From: Polyangiaceae bacterium
GTDB lineage: Bacteria; Myxococcota_A; Polyangia; Polyangiales; Polyangiaceae
Length of the DNA stretch: 64,000 nucleotides
Direction of reading: 5' to 3'
Assembly (NCBI GenBank): GCA_965222375.1
Contig: CBDCTZ010000015.1
Span: 1,408,001 to 1,472,000 of the forward strand
Shown one piece after another: positions 9,268-19,180 of the stretch (its first letter is position 1; every line of letters starts with the position of its first letter). The notes beneath the pieces are model-generated. The model worked only from the letters and a program-made list of their open reading frames with translations. It had not been told where the DNA came from and searched no databases. The translations under genes and the position numbers were made by a program.

Positions 9268-10590
9268 TCACTTCACGACGGTGGTGCAGCCGACCAGGAT
9301 CTCCACCTTGGCGTCCTTGGCCTTCTTCACGTCTTGGCAGGCCTTGCCGATCAGGACGACCTGGTCGTTGGCATCGTAGTCCCAACAGCCATCGTTGGTG
9401 CAAGAGTCCCCAGGGGTGGAGTCCGGGCGCTTCTTCAACTTCACCTGATTGCCATCCGTAGTGACGACCACGTTGACCAGTCCCTTGTCGACAGTCTGAC
9501 CGCCTTGAGGTTCGGGCAGCTTGTAGGCGCAGCCCAGCGCCTGACCGCGGGCCTGGCCCAAGGCCAGGGCCAGGGCCCCAGCGTTGAAGTTGCCCTGGGT
9601 CAGATCGAAGTGGCACGACGCCGCGGGATCCCCGGCGCCCTGCAAATAGGCCCCATCGCAGCCGGCTGGCACAGTGTCCGGTGAGCCCGCCTTCGCGAAA
9701 GCGGAAAGCGCGCGGCGCACGGAATAGGGCGGCGCGTCAGGATCGCCGTTGTTGGTATCCGCCCCGGGCACACCCACGATGTAGGTGCGAACCGGGAAGA
9801 CCGGATCGTTATAGGCACTGCTCAAGAGCTGGACCACGTTGTTCGGGTGCTCCCAATCCGGGCAGCCCACGGGATCCATGTAGCCAGGTCGAGTTGGGTT
9901 GGCGATGGAGGTGCAACCAAACCCACCGTCGGTGATCAACACGATCGCTCGCGTCCCTTGCAGCGGGTAGATCTGGAGGGCCGCAATGGCGCCCTTCAAC
10001 GCCGCGTAGCCAGGGGTGCTAGCGCCGGAAGCAGCGGGAGGGTTGGTTCCGAGATAGTTGTAGATCTGCTGGCGCACGCCGGGTTGATTGCTCTTCGCGG
10101 TCAGCGTGTCGCCGAGCGGCACTTGTGGCAGCGCGCTGACGGCACAGCCGACGGGAAGGGCGCCGCCCAAGAGGCATGCGGGTCCAGGCACGTCGCCCGT
10201 TGGGAACGCGAGCAACCCGAGCGCGATGTTGTCGAATGCGGTGGAATCGATGGCCTGCACGATCGCCAGCTGGGCCGCAGTCCACTTGTTGCCCTGATTC
10301 ATGCTCGAACTTTTGTCGAGCACGATGGTGAAGGCTGCCGGTGCCTGCTTGGCTTCGGCGGTGAATTGCGCACAGCTCGACGCGTCGGGAATGCCCGAAT
10401 CGATGGCTCCAGAGTCACCTCCGGTCGAGATGGCTCCCGTCCCCCCAGAGCCAGCGGAGCCAGATGCACCGCCGCCACCTCCGGTTCCACCTCCAGAAGT
10501 CGAAGCGTCACTGCACGCAGCAGCAGTTAGCGCAGCGCTAGCAGCGAAAACGGTCATACCGGCCAGTGTTCGCTTCAGGGTCATCTTCAT
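9268..10590 (-). CDS. vWA-domain Cys-containing lipoprotein
   Basis: Lipobox TAAAC; MIDAS IVLDKSSSM...TP...LITDG; Cys-rich C-terminus. Confidence 0.88.
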   Translation of the reverse strand: MKMTLKRTLAGMTVFAASAALTAAACSDASTSGGGTGGGGGASGSAGSGGTGAISTGGDSGAIDSGIPDASSCAQFTAEAKQAPAAFTIVLDKSSSMNQGNKWTAAQLAIVQAIDSTAFDNIALGLLAFPTGDVPGPACLLGGALPVGCAVSALPQVPLGDTLTAKSNQPGVRQQIYNYLGTNPPAASGASTPGYAALKGAIAALQIYPLQGTRAIVLITDGGFGCTSIANPTRPGYMDPVGCPDWEHPNNVVQLLSSAYNDPVFPVRTYIVGVPGADTNNGDPDAPPYSVRRALSAFAKAGSPDTVPAGCDGAYLQGAGDPAASCHFDLTQGNFNAGALALALGQARGQALGCAYKLPEPQGGQTVDKGLVNVVVTTDGNQVKLKKRPDSTPGDSCTNDGCWDYDANDQVVLIGKACQDVKKAKDAKVEILVGCTTVVK

Positions 10591-10637
10591 CTCCGATTTG
10601 AGAAAAGCAGGTAACTCAGTGTAACACGGGGCAAGAG

Positions 10638-11165
10638 ATGGGCTCCGATCCTGGCGAATCCCCGGACGCTGCCGAGCCGCCGAAAGCGGATCAGCGCCCG
10701 CGACCCGTGCGGCAACGTCGGCCGACCACGCCGACGAAGGCTTTTCTTGGACGCTTCATGATGGGGCACTTGCTTGCCTACCCGGTAGGGTTCCTAACGG
10801 CGGTGGCCGCAATGCCTTTGGGCATGGTGTTGCGCAGGGAAGAGCTCATGAACGCAGCCGCGGTTGGCGCGGAGAATCGCTTCATCCGCGAAGCTGCCGA
10901 AGACTTGGCACTCTCGCCACTGGAAGCGGCCCAGGTCGAGCTCGTGTTGGAGGTGTGCCTTGGCGCGAGCCTAGTCGCCCTGCTTCTGGTACATCTGTGG
11001 AGCATTCCATGGGCCATCGGAGCTGCGCGGGCAGTCAAGGACCCCGAAGCGGGCGCCGCGGCGGAGCGTCGTGGTTATCGGCTCTTCGGGGTGCTCACGG
11101 CAGGCACCTTCGTCTTGGTCGGTGTCGGTGGTTTGATCAGTTGGATCTGGGTGCTATCGCTGTAA
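10638..11165 (+). CDS. Hypothetical membrane protein (about 3 TM)
   Basis: Three hydrophobic segments. Confidence 0.7.
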   Translation: MGSDPGESPDAAEPPKADQRPRPVRQRRPTTPTKAFLGRFMMGHLLAYPVGFLTAVAAMPLGMVLRREELMNAAAVGAENRFIREAAEDLALSPLEAAQVELVLEVCLGASLVALLLVHLWSIPWAIGAARAVKDPEAGAAAERRGYRLFGVLTAGTFVLVGVGGLISWIWVLSL

Positions 11166-11229
11166 GCCGTCAGCCAAATGAATGCGTGTGGGGGTGTTTG
11201 CTACAATGAAAGTGTTGCTCGGAACATTC

Positions 11230-12048
11230 ATGGCCTTTCGAAAATCTGGCATCGCGTTCGCCGTGCTCTTCGCTGCGTCCGCCTGCGGTTCTAAAGAGGA
11301 CTCCAACGATCCCACGCCCGACGGAGGCGGCGGTGGGCCCACGGTGTTGGATGGTGGCGGCAAGATCCCCGATCCTCCCGACGGGGAGGCCGCGTGCCAG
11401 CCCGGTCCCTGCAACTACCAGAAGCAGGACTGCCCCAGTGGCCAAGCCTGCGTTCCGACCACCACCCCACCCGCGAGCGGAGACTGGCCACCCGCTTGCC
11501 AAGTCGCCGGTACCAAGACGGCGGGACAAGAGTGCGCTGGGTGGAATGACTGCGAGACCGGGCTCTTCTGTGCTGGCGTAGGCGTGTGGCCCGATGGCGG
11601 CGTCAAGCCCGGCACATGCCAGAAGCTTTGCTGCGGCGGAGACTGGTCTGCATGCGGCGCGGGCGAGAGCTGCTACCGACAGCTGTTCTTGCTACGACCG
11701 GGCGCAGCGCCAGGCTCGGATCCGGTTTATGCGGGAGCGGATCTGTGCGGAGCCGTTGGCGGTTGCGACCTGTTCGACGCTGACTCCTGCCCCGATCCAA
11801 GCAAGAGCTGTCAGCTCGTCGATCCCCGCGGAAGCGTCGCGTGTTTGCCCGAGGGAACCGCCGGGCTCGGCGAGCCTTGCTCCACGATCACACGTTGCAA
11901 GTCGGGCAGCGTCTGCAAGGGTGCGCGCTGCCGAAGGCTGTGCCGAGCCGTCGAAGGGGGCTCACCCATGTGCCCGCCCGACGAAGGAGTCTGCGTTCAC
12001 TTCGCCACGAATCCCGAAGGCGTCGGTGAGTGCACGCAAGTGCTGTAA
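11230..12048 (+). CDS. Cys-rich lipoprotein
   Basis: MAFRKSGIAFAVLFAASAC lipobox; many Cys in two similar halves. Confidence 0.8.
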   Translation: MAFRKSGIAFAVLFAASACGSKEDSNDPTPDGGGGGPTVLDGGGKIPDPPDGEAACQPGPCNYQKQDCPSGQACVPTTTPPASGDWPPACQVAGTKTAGQECAGWNDCETGLFCAGVGVWPDGGVKPGTCQKLCCGGDWSACGAGESCYRQLFLLRPGAAPGSDPVYAGADLCGAVGGCDLFDADSCPDPSKSCQLVDPRGSVACLPEGTAGLGEPCSTITRCKSGSVCKGARCRRLCRAVEGGSPMCPPDEGVCVHFATNPEGVGECTQVL

Positions 12049-12087
12049 ACGCGTCAAAAGCGCGGGTGCACGCAGCAGCGCGTGTAC

Positions 12088-12387
12088 TTACTTCATCAAA
12101 TCCGTGATCGCATGCGTCTCACGGGCACCCAGCAATCCGAATTGGACCCCAAACCCACCGGGCTTGTTCCAACGAACAACCCCGGGCAGTCGAGCTTCAC
12201 CGTCCAACCCAGGTAGCCGCGTTACGATGGTGACGTTGGTGCCAAAGGGCGGAGCGGTATCCGCTCGAACGAACATGCCGCCGAGGGAGATGTCACTAGC
12301 CGACCCCTCGAGGGGGGGGGCATCCGGCAGCTCGCACACCAGATCGAGGTTTGTTACGACGCGAGGGTGTTGTCGTTTTTCCTGCAC
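12088..12387 (-). CDS. Stand-alone PilZ domain protein
   Basis: EKRQHPR (RxxxR) and DISLGG (DxSxxG) motifs. Confidence 0.9.
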   Translation of the reverse strand: MQEKRQHPRVVTNLDLVCELPDAPPLEGSASDISLGGMFVRADTAPPFGTNVTIVTRLPGLDGEARLPGVVRWNKPGGFGVQFGLLGARETHAITDLMK

Positions 12388-12429
12388 GGTATCCTAGGGC
12401 CCCGCTCTGACGGGGGATCCGAAGCTATC

Positions 12430-13365
12430 GTGAGGCCCGACGAAGTCAAGACATCAAAGGATCGAGCCAGTGCGGGCTCGATCGTGAAGCCTGGGCGCAA
12501 GCGCCGCTGGTCTCGGCACATCGAAGGTTGGCCGCTTGGGGTTGTGGCGGTCGGCATCGCGCTGTTAGGCGTCGTCTTCGGTGTGCCCCGCGCCGCACCG
12601 CCGGATCGTCTGCCCATGCCGCGGGTTGACATCAACGCCCTCGCACAGGACGCGCAGGCGGACCGGGAGCGGGTCGCAACCCTTGCGTCAACGCCACTGC
12701 CCTTCGACATTCGATCCATTGGCGAGGCGGTCCGCAACTACGGCGATGCCGTAGCCAAGAAGGATGTAGACCGGGCAGTGGGCTCCCTGCGTGAAGCTCG
12801 CGGGCTTGCCCGACGGCATCGTGACGAGCCAGCCCTGCTAACCCTGCGAGCAGTGCAGACCAAGCTGTTCCTCGAAGCACTGCGTCGCTTCGAATCAACC
12901 GGCAAGCCGGACCAGGAGCTGACCGAGCTAGGCGAGCGCTTTGCCCACAAGGCAAAAGAGTCCGGCTGGGTCCGAGCGGATGGGACCCTCGTCCCCACGG
13001 AGCACGAGCGTCGAGTCATGTTCCAGATCCGCTGGGCGGAGCTCTTGGACGTCCGGAAAGACAAAGCGTTCGCGCCGAGCGCCAATCAGCTAAGAGCGTA
13101 CTATGGGTTCCTTCTGGCCCATCCGGAGAAGGGCACGCCGTCCGAGGCTCGCATTGCGGTGGTGACGGCCATCGAGCGTGTCGATCTAGCCTACCCGGGC
13201 CTTTTCGCCCGGGGAGTGTTGTTTTATCGCGCCGGGCGGTTCGACCTCGCGGAACGAGCGTTTCGCGGACACCTGATGAAACAACCTGGCAGCCTGCGCT
13301 TGCGAGCCCAAAACCACCTGGCTGCGGCCATCGCGAGACAGAAGCCCGACACCTGGGATGAGTGA
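12430..13365 (+). CDS. Hypothetical membrane-anchored protein with C-terminal TPR-like motif
   Basis: TM GVVAVGIALLGVVFGV; ARGVLFYRAGRFDLAERAF; overlaps mfd start; start uncertain. Confidence 0.65.
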   Translation: MRPDEVKTSKDRASAGSIVKPGRKRRWSRHIEGWPLGVVAVGIALLGVVFGVPRAAPPDRLPMPRVDINALAQDAQADRERVATLASTPLPFDIRSIGEAVRNYGDAVAKKDVDRAVGSLREARGLARRHRDEPALLTLRAVQTKLFLEALRRFESTGKPDQELTELGERFAHKAKESGWVRADGTLVPTEHERRVMFQIRWAELLDVRKDKAFAPSANQLRAYYGFLLAHPEKGTPSEARIAVVTAIERVDLAYPGLFARGVLFYRAGRFDLAERAFRGHLMKQPGSLRLRAQNHLAAAIARQKPDTWDE

Positions 13366-16300
13366 GCTCGCGCAAAGCCCGGAGGCGGCGGTCATCGTGC
13401 CGGCGTTACCGGAAGACCGCCGCGTCCTCCGCATGGAGGAGGTGGCGCGCATCGCTCTGTCGGCGCCAGGACAATACCCCGTCGTGCACGCCGAGGGCTG
13501 CGCCTCGGCTTTGGTCGCTCGCGGGCTCGCGCTGCATGGCGCGAAGCACGTAGCCGTCGTGGTGAGCGATAGCGAGGCCTTGCGCACGGTGGCCGCCGAC
13601 ATTGACGCGTTGTGCCAATCCGCTTTCGAGGTGGCTAGCCTCAGTCGACGAGTCGATGCCGCGGGCTCCGCCCTCTTGATCCCAAGTCCAGAAGCACTGC
13701 CCTGGACCGAGGTGCACTCCGACCGCAAAACAACTCTGGAGCGGGTTGGCTCCCTCGCACACATCGCTTCGGGTCGGGACTTCCGCTTCGCGGTCATGGG
13801 TGCGAGTGCGCTGATCCGATTATGCGTTCCCAAGCAAGCGTTGGCAGCCGCCAGTGCCGAACTGAAGAGCGAAACGGAAGTCGACGTCGAATCCCTGAGC
13901 GAGCGCCTCGCCAATGCTGGCTACTTGCGCGTTCCGGTGGTGGAAGATCCGGGCAGCTTCGCTGTGCGCGGCGGCATCCTCGACGTGTGGCCGCCGAATA
14001 GCCGCCGCCCCGCGCGCGCAGAGCTCTACGGTGATCTGATCATCTCCCTGAAGCACTTCGATCCGGAAGACCAGCGGACTCAAGACGGTGTGGAGCGGGT
14101 TTGGCTGCCTCCGTGTCGGGAGGCAATCCTGTCACTAGACGCCGAGGTTCGAGCACGACAAGTACTGCGCTCTTTGTGCGACGAGGAGAACTACCCAAGC
14201 AGCAAGGCGCGTACGCTGATCGAACAGGTCGCTGAAGCTCGAGTGTTCTTCGGTGCCGAAGCCTATTTGCCAGCCTATTACGACCTCCAACCCATCTGGC
14301 AGCTGCTGCCGTCGGATACGGTCTTCGTCGTCGAGGAACCCACTCGGGTCGTCGAAACCCTCCGGGACGAGCTGGAGGCGGCACAAGCCGCCGCCCAGAG
14401 CAGCGACGGAAGGCCCAAGTTCGGCTTTGACTCACTGTTCGCATCCGAGCAGGCGGTGGCCCACGCCATGTCCGAGCGTAGCGTAGTCCTGGCACATCGA
14501 AGCGGCGTGCTGGGTACGCCCGAACAACTAGACAGCTTGGACGCTTGGCAGTTGACCCACGCCAACACGCCAAGTGTGCACACCTTGGCGCAACCGGATC
14601 TGAAAGCGACGGCAGGCAAAGGCGCGGGCAAAGGCAAACATGGCGTGCTCGACCGAGTGCTGACGCGGCTCGATGCCTGGCACGAGGCGGGAATGGAGGT
14701 CGTGCTCACAGCCCGCACCGAAACCCAGTCGGAGCGCTTGCAGACCCTGTTGGAGCACCGAGGCGTCACCGCCGGGCAAGGCGGCATGCACGTAGTCACG
14801 TCTCGGCTAGCTCGAGGGGTCATCGCGCCTGCAGAGCAAGTGGCCATCCTGACCGAAGAAGAGATCTTCGGGCGCCGAACCCACCGCAGGACCGAGAAAA
14901 CCAAAAGTGCGCGGGCCGTACTGGAAGATCTGCGCGCTCTGACGGTTGGCGACTACGTCGTGCACATCGAACACGGAATCGGGCGCTACCTGGGCCTGCA
15001 GAAGCAGAGCATCGGGGGCGTCAACGTCGAACTTCTGGTCGTCGAATACACCGGGGGCAAGTTGTTCCTGCCGGTGTATCGACTGAACCAGATCCAGAAG
15101 TACTCCGGCGGTGAAGGTGCCCCAAAGGTGGACCGCCTCGGCGGCCAGAGCTTCGCGAAGACCAAGGCCAAGGTTCAGAAGCGCGTTCGTCAGATGGCCG
15201 ACCAGCTGCTCAAGCTCTACGCGGAGCGCGCCGCCCTCACCAAGTATCCGGTGGATCCACCCGACGACGAATTCTACGCCTTCGAAGCGACCTTCCCCTT
15301 CGAGGAAACTCGAGACCAAGCCGCCGCCATAGCCGAAGTCCAAAAGGACCTCGAGAAGGAACGCGTCATGGACCGATTGGTCTGCGGCGATGTGGGCTTC
15401 GGAAAGACTGAGGTGGCACTGCGCGCGGCGTTTCGGGTCGCCATGGCGGGGCGCCAAGTCGCTCTGCTCTGCCCGACCACGGTGCTGGCTCAACAGCACT
15501 TCCAAACTTTTTCGAACCGGCTGGCCGGCTACCCGATGGAAGTGCGAATGCTCTCGCGCTTCGTGGGCAAGAAGGACCAAACCGAGACGGTGCGCATGCT
15601 GCGAGACGGCACTGCGGACATCGTGGTCGGCACTCATCGCGTGCTGAGCAAGGACGTACACTTCGCCAACCTGGGGTTGCTCGTCGTGGACGAGGAGCAG
15701 CGCTTTGGCGTCACCCACAAGGAGCGCATCAAACAGCTCCGTGCCTCGGTGGACGTGCTCACCCTGACCGCCACACCAATTCCGCGCACTCTGCAGCTTG
15801 CCGTCGGTGGGCTCCGAGACATGTCCCTCATCACCACGCCCCCGGTGGACCGCCGCGCCATTCGCACCATCACTTCCCGCTGGGACGATCAGATCGTGCG
15901 CGAAGCCGTGATGCGGGAGCTCTCGCGCGGGGGACAGGTCTTCTTCGTCTACAACCGCATCGAAGGTCTGTACGAGCGGGCGCAGCACCTTCAGACGCTG
16001 ATCCCCGAGGCGCGCATCGGCGTTGCCCACGGACAGATGGGCGAAGCGCAACTGGAAAAGACGATGCTCGACTTCGTCGAGGGGCGCCTGGACATATTGG
16101 CGTCAACCGCAATCATCGAGAGCGGCCTCGACATTCCCCGAGCCAACACGATGTTGATCGACCGTGCGGACCTCTTCGGCTTGTCTCAGCTCTATCAGCT
16201 CCGCGGCCGCGTGGGTCGCTCCAGCGAACGCGCCTACTGCTACCTGCTCGTGCCACCTCCGAACAAGATGTCCGATGAAGCTCGCAGCCGTATCGAAGCC

Positions 16301-16939
16301 TTGGAGCGGCACACGGAACTGGGCGCAGGCTTTCACGTTGCGACCCTGGACATGGAGCTCCGCGGCGCCGGCGACTTGCTTGGCGCCGAGCAGAGCGGCT
16401 TCGTGTCCAGCGTGGGTTTCGATCTCTTCTGTCAGATGTTGGAAGAAGCCACTCACGAACTCAGTGGCGAAGTGGTCGTTCACGACGTGGAACCGGAGCT
16501 CTCTTTCGACGTGGACGGCGTGATTCCCGAAGACTACATCGCCGACGTAGGCATTCGCCTCAGCTTCTACAAGCGCTTCTCGAGCGCCGCGGACGAAGCG
16601 GCGGTGGCCGAAACCGCCGCAGAGATGGAAGACCGCTTCGGCCCCCCACCACCGGAGGCCAAGCAACTGGTCGAGCTGATGCGACTCAAAACCGAGCTGC
16701 GTCGCTTGCGCGTCCTGGGCTGCGAAGCGACATCCCGCGGCGTGACGCTGCACCTACGCGACGACACGCCCCTCGATCCCGAAAAGGTCGGCACGGAGGT
16801 CGCCAAGAAGCAGTCGCGCTTCCGACTCTCTCCCGACGGCCGACTCAATCGCAAAGCAAGGGACGAGGACCCATTCGACAACGGACTCGTGGCCCTGTCC
16901 AAGGTCCTCGACGAGCTGGTCCCCCTCGAACGCGACTGA
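13358..16939 (+). CDS. mfd: Transcription-repair coupling factor
   Basis: UvrB-like N-terminus (FAVRGGILDVW), RID (GDYVVHIEHGIGRY), GDVGFGKTEVA, DEEQRFG, TATPIPRTL, QLRGRVGR, TRCF C-terminus. Confidence 0.97.
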   Translation: MSELAQSPEAAVIVPALPEDRRVLRMEEVARIALSAPGQYPVVHAEGCASALVARGLALHGAKHVAVVVSDSEALRTVAADIDALCQSAFEVASLSRRVDAAGSALLIPSPEALPWTEVHSDRKTTLERVGSLAHIASGRDFRFAVMGASALIRLCVPKQALAAASAELKSETEVDVESLSERLANAGYLRVPVVEDPGSFAVRGGILDVWPPNSRRPARAELYGDLIISLKHFDPEDQRTQDGVERVWLPPCREAILSLDAEVRARQVLRSLCDEENYPSSKARTLIEQVAEARVFFGAEAYLPAYYDLQPIWQLLPSDTVFVVEEPTRVVETLRDELEAAQAAAQSSDGRPKFGFDSLFASEQAVAHAMSERSVVLAHRSGVLGTPEQLDSLDAWQLTHANTPSVHTLAQPDLKATAGKGAGKGKHGVLDRVLTRLDAWHEAGMEVVLTARTETQSERLQTLLEHRGVTAGQGGMHVVTSRLARGVIAPAEQVAILTEEEIFGRRTHRRTEKTKSARAVLEDLRALTVGDYVVHIEHGIGRYLGLQKQSIGGVNVELLVVEYTGGKLFLPVYRLNQIQKYSGGEGAPKVDRLGGQSFAKTKAKVQKRVRQMADQLLKLYAERAALTKYPVDPPDDEFYAFEATFPFEETRDQAAAIAEVQKDLEKERVMDRLVCGDVGFGKTEVALRAAFRVAMAGRQVALLCPTTVLAQQHFQTFSNRLAGYPMEVRMLSRFVGKKDQTETVRMLRDGTADIVVGTHRVLSKDVHFANLGLLVVDEEQRFGVTHKERIKQLRASVDVLTLTATPIPRTLQLAVGGLRDMSLITTPPVDRRAIRTITSRWDDQIVREAVMRELSRGGQVFFVYNRIEGLYERAQHLQTLIPEARIGVAHGQMGEAQLEKTMLDFVEGRLDILASTAIIESGLDIPRANTMLIDRADLFGLSQLYQLRGRVGRSSERAYCYLLVPPPNKMSDEARSRIEALERHTELGAGFHVATLDMELRGAGDLLGAEQSGFVSSVGFDLFCQMLEEATHELSGEVVVHDVEPELSFDVDGVIPEDYIADVGIRLSFYKRFSSAADEAAVAETAAEMEDRFGPPPPEAKQLVELMRLKTELRRLRVLGCEATSRGVTLHLRDDTPLDPEKVGTEVAKKQSRFRLSPDGRLNRKARDEDPFDNGLVALSKVLDELVPLERD

Positions 16940-17066
16940 TCGGATTGGTTTTGGGGGTCGAGCGCTGGGGCGCGCCGGGGCGCTATTCTCGCAGTCGTGC
17001 TGGATTGACGGGCGCATGCGTAACACCCACTTCCGCCAACTGACACGCAACTGAGCAAACCGGCGA

Positions 17067-17180
17067 CCGACCAAAGTGCCCACCCCACATGCTGGGTGGG
17101 CATAATTTGGCGCTTTTCACACAACCGACCATCGCGCTCGGCCGACCAATGTGCCCACCCACATGCTGGTGGGCACATTT
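17067..17180. repeat. Two direct copies of a palindromic REP-like element
   Basis: ccgaccaaagTGCCCACCccacatgctgGGTGGGCAtaattt at 17067 and ccgaccaatgTGCCCACCcacatgctGGTGGGCAcattt at 17142; 75-bp period. Confidence 0.8.
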
Positions 17181-17250
17181 CTGCGTGCTGGGCCGGAGCA
17201 CAGGCCGCTGACCCGTTGGGTCCGCGACCTCATACCGAGCGCGGAAGTCC

Positions 17251-17704
17251 CTAGAACGAATGCGGTCGAGCGCGGCGGGCAGACAGCTTATGAGCTTTGG
17301 AAACCGTCTTTTTGGGGCCGGGGTTGTCGCAGGTTCCTCGCCGCCTGCAGCGAGCGACGGCCGCGCCGAGGGCTTTGGCTTCGGTGGGCGCATGCACGCG
17401 GGCCCATTGAAGGGTCTTGCTGGGCTCTATCTCGTCGAGGCCCCCGGCATGAGCAGGTCGAAACAATCCTGCAAAGTACCGTGCGTGACGCAGTCCGAGC
17501 TCGCTCTCGATGTCGCCGCTCTTCGCCTTCGCAAACTCGCGCACGGTTTCCAGCATCGCGAAGCGGCGCCTGACGAGCGAGCCGACTCTTACCGATGCCG
17601 CCGGGGCCCACCAGCGTGACGAGCCGCGGGTCTTGGAGCAGCTCCACCAAACGTGAAAGCTCCGCTTCGCGTCCGACAAAGAGGTCCGCGGCTGTAGACG
17701 GCAT
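17251..17704 (-). pseudogene. Internally deleted, frameshifted remnant of a COG3903-type STAND ATPase
   Basis: MPSTAADLFVGREAEL...LVTLVGPGGIGKSRLA joins, in another frame at about 17570, RRFAMLETVREFA...RHARYF. Confidence 0.75.
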
Positions 17705-17706
17705 CT

Positions 17707-18285
17707 TCACCACATGGTCTTGGGCGAACACCCTGGCGGCATGGCGCGACGGAATGCGTCGTCCAGGCAGTGCTCCATGGCGCCGCAGGGTTGGGAGAAA
17801 CGGGCACCGATGGTGGAGTAGAAGGCGTCCGTGAATGCGCCGGAGCGCCCAGCGTGGCAGAGAGCCTCGCCTCCGCCCCCGCATTTCGCGGCAGCGCTCG
17901 CGCACGCACTGGTGAAGCGCTGAGCCTCCGGGCTTGCGCGAACTTGCCGGGAGACTTCGATGAAGCAGATCTCGTCGGGACGCATGCAGGCGCGGTTTGC
18001 GATGCACGAGAGCACCAGAGGGTGCGCGTCCGGACGCATGACAGCGGCAGAGCAACGCACGCCATGCTGGCAGCGGTCGTAGGGGTTCGGCGTCTGGCCG
18101 CAGGCCTGAGCTCGGCGCGCCGCGTCCTGGCAGAACCGGTCCGCATACGCTTTCGGGTTCGCCCCCTGGCCACGACCCGCCGGAGCGGGTCGCGCGTGAC
18201 CACCTCGCGCCGTGCTGTTCGATGGCTCGATGCAGGAACACATCACGAACGCGGGCAAGACCGCACCGAGGCGCCGGGGCAACAT
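17707..18285 (-). CDS. Cys-rich putative lipoprotein
   Basis: MLPRRLGAVLPAFVMCSC; multiple Cys; TATGCT 6 nt upstream of ATG. Confidence 0.65.
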   Translation of the reverse strand: MLPRRLGAVLPAFVMCSCIEPSNSTARGGHARPAPAGRGQGANPKAYADRFCQDAARRAQACGQTPNPYDRCQHGVRCSAAVMRPDAHPLVLSCIANRACMRPDEICFIEVSRQVRASPEAQRFTSACASAAAKCGGGGEALCHAGRSGAFTDAFYSTIGARFSQPCGAMEHCLDDAFRRAMPPGCSPKTMW

Positions 18286-18367
18286 GGGCCCAGCATACCG
18301 TCTGGAGTGGCATCGGTGGCGCCCAGTGACGACCCGTTCGGGGCCGCACTGGCCGCTCGTCCTGAAG

Positions 18368-18979
18368 TCACAGGTACTTCTTGGCCAGGTCGACCCGAGA
18401 GTAATCCTGGATGTGCGCCGGGGACTGTGCCCGATGGGTCGGCGCGTCTGGCGCCGCACGATAGCCACCACCGCCCTTTCGCCGGGCGCCCGTCGCGCGG
18501 ACCACGGCGTTGAGGCGAACGCGGTCTCCTTGATGTAGCGCGAACTCCACGAACCCGGGCAGCCGTCCGCGCGCTTCGAGCTCCACGGCGAAGTCGCTCA
18601 GTTGTTCCGGCAATGGCCCGTCGAAGGACCGGTACTGGGCATAGTGCCGCACCGCGCTCACGGTCAGTGCCTCCGTGGGCACGACCACCAGCCCACCTTT
18701 GCATTCCACGAGGGGCTCGCTTCCCCAGACACGAGTGCCGACGAGTTCGTACACATCCTCAATCGTCGGCCAGTCACGGCCCCCGCCGCCAACGCTCTGA
18801 GTGCCGACATGTACGCCCACCGCCCAGTAGAACAGCGCTGCCTTCGCGCCCGTGAGCGGGCTCGTGAACTCGTCTTCACTCTTCATCCTCCCCCACACGC
18901 GCACCTGAGTCGCCTCGCCAACCCCCGCCAAAGAGCGCTTCGGAAACAACTTTCGAAACCAACTCACGCGCCCCTCCAA
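18368..18979 (-). CDS. Hypothetical protein
   Basis: Coherent ORF (SPLTG..., GDRVRL, GGGYR); no family assigned with confidence. Confidence 0.6.
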   Translation of the reverse strand: MEGRVSWFRKLFPKRSLAGVGEATQVRVWGRMKSEDEFTSPLTGAKAALFYWAVGVHVGTQSVGGGGRDWPTIEDVYELVGTRVWGSEPLVECKGGLVVVPTEALTVSAVRHYAQYRSFDGPLPEQLSDFAVELEARGRLPGFVEFALHQGDRVRLNAVVRATGARRKGGGGYRAAPDAPTHRAQSPAHIQDYSRVDLAKKYL

Positions 18980-19180
18980 CTCCTTTCACAAGCACCTTAG
19001 CGCGTGCCCCGCACGAATAGTCGCGAATCTCCGCAGAGAGTCGCGACGCAATCAATCGTCGCCGGGCGGGCAGCCGAACACGGTTGCGGAGCCCCTCTTG
19101 TCTGCGAAGCGTGCACCAACGAGAGCACGACCACCGGAAAGGCTCACCGCGGCTTTGTCAGCACACCTTCATGACCTTGA

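Noticed and set aside
14807..16051. Long antisense ORFs (this one, and 28666..29631, 45326..46693)
   Set aside because: Shadow or alternative-frame ORFs expected from high GC3 within well-supported genes.
16983..17045. Minus-strand peptide LAEVGVTHAPVNPARLRE, reminiscent of IS110 transposases
   Set aside because: Too short, with no other transposase motifs nearby.
17067..17180. Possible mini-CRISPR
   Set aside because: Only two non-identical copies and no cas genes; kept as REP-like.
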